Below, piece after piece: positions 63,101 through 64,000 of a DNA stretch of 64,000 nucleotides (positions are counted from its first letter, which is position 1; each line of letters begins with the position of its first letter). The position numbers were made by a program, and so were the translations under genes. Source of the stretch: Thalia democratica (lineage: Eukaryota); assembly GCA_965202585.1 (NCBI GenBank), contig OZ241830.1, positions 39,060,001-39,124,000 on the forward strand, written 5' to 3'. The notes below the pieces were generated by a model. The model was not told the origin of the DNA. It searched no databases and saw only the letters and a list, made by a program, of their open reading frames with translations.

Positions 63101-64000
63101 GAAGACTAACATCATGCTTGTGTACTTTTGTTTATTTAAACTAATAAAAAAATATGATACCTTTTATTCAAGTTTAGTAATTTAGGTTCTAAATACTTTT
63201 AAAACATTTTTTATATAGTTATAAGGAAAGAACGAAAATAATTAATAAATATTAGTAAACTCAACAGTTGTAGTAATAATTGTTTTGAATACTAATTTAA
63301 TCCAACTCATTCGAAAAGTTCTTTTTATTTAGAGCTTTCAACATAAAACTTGGTCGAAACAAGGTCGCTATTAATTTTAATTTTTTTTTGAAAACCAAAT
63401 TAAACTTTTCTCAAATTTATTTTCGGCTAGCATAAAGTATGTTATTTTTTTATCAATAAGTTTACTAACTTAGATAGATCTACTTGAATATATAGTAAGT
63501 TTGGTTAATTTTTTAACGAAAAAGTCTAGCAAGTATATTTTAAACTTTTTCATTATATAACTTAGAACTGATTTATTTTCAAAACAGGAAAATACCTAAT
63601 TTCCGCTCTTTAATACACAAAAATTCTTGAGAGTATAAAAAAAACTTTCAAAGGATTGCAATACTTTACATAAATGTTTAAGCTTTTTTGAAAGGTATAC
63701 GGCTAACAATTTTTAAAATTTACTATAAGTTTTGACACAAACCTTATTAACTTTAAAAAAAATGTACAGTGTAAAAATTGAGTAGATTTCTATGATGCTA
63801 TTGTAATTATCAAAAACAATGCATAAACTAAGCATTTATAAAACGTCTTTAAACGAACTGTACCTAGTCATTTAAAATAAACTAAAAAATATATTATAAA
63901 TTTTAATATCAATTACATAAATACTAACTAAATTATTTTTAATTACAATTTTTATTAATTTCTCATTATTTTTTGGATTTATTTCCAAAATATAGAACAT

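Overview
Very AT-rich (about 20-25% GC by eye, not computed), intron-rich eukaryotic DNA, most likely from an invertebrate; the taxon cannot be fixed from the sequence. Genes rebuilt by hand: (1) a 10-11-exon SLC10 sodium/bile-acid symporter on the minus strand (3683-13568) that needs one GC-AG intron; (2) a Nudix hydrolase with a single coding exon (22618-23352, minus); (3) a C-type-lectin-like membrane-protein pseudogene with three in-frame TAA codons (46504-47106, minus); (4) a 7-exon MS4A/CD20-like four-transmembrane gene with a C-terminal PPxY motif (51378-55237, plus). Mobile DNA is abundant: a hAT MITE with an 8-bp target-site duplication (TSD), a Foldback/Mutator-type element with a 9-bp TSD, a long fold-back MITE, and a dispersed ~120-bp structured repeat. 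A complete non-autonomous LTR element (TG..CA LTRs, 4-bp TSD, tRNA-Trp-like primer-binding site, polypurine tract) carries a GC-rich 43/44-bp tandem array in which short hairpin stems are conserved and loops vary. Two type I hammerhead ribozymes lie on the minus strand: one with an intact core (15269-15313) and one with a G12A change (21544-21589). The second sits in a Penelope-like fragment with a 132-bp inverted duplication whose spacer is copied from nearby DNA. No CRISPR array, rRNA or tRNA gene was found. All calls come from manual reading; no database search was run.
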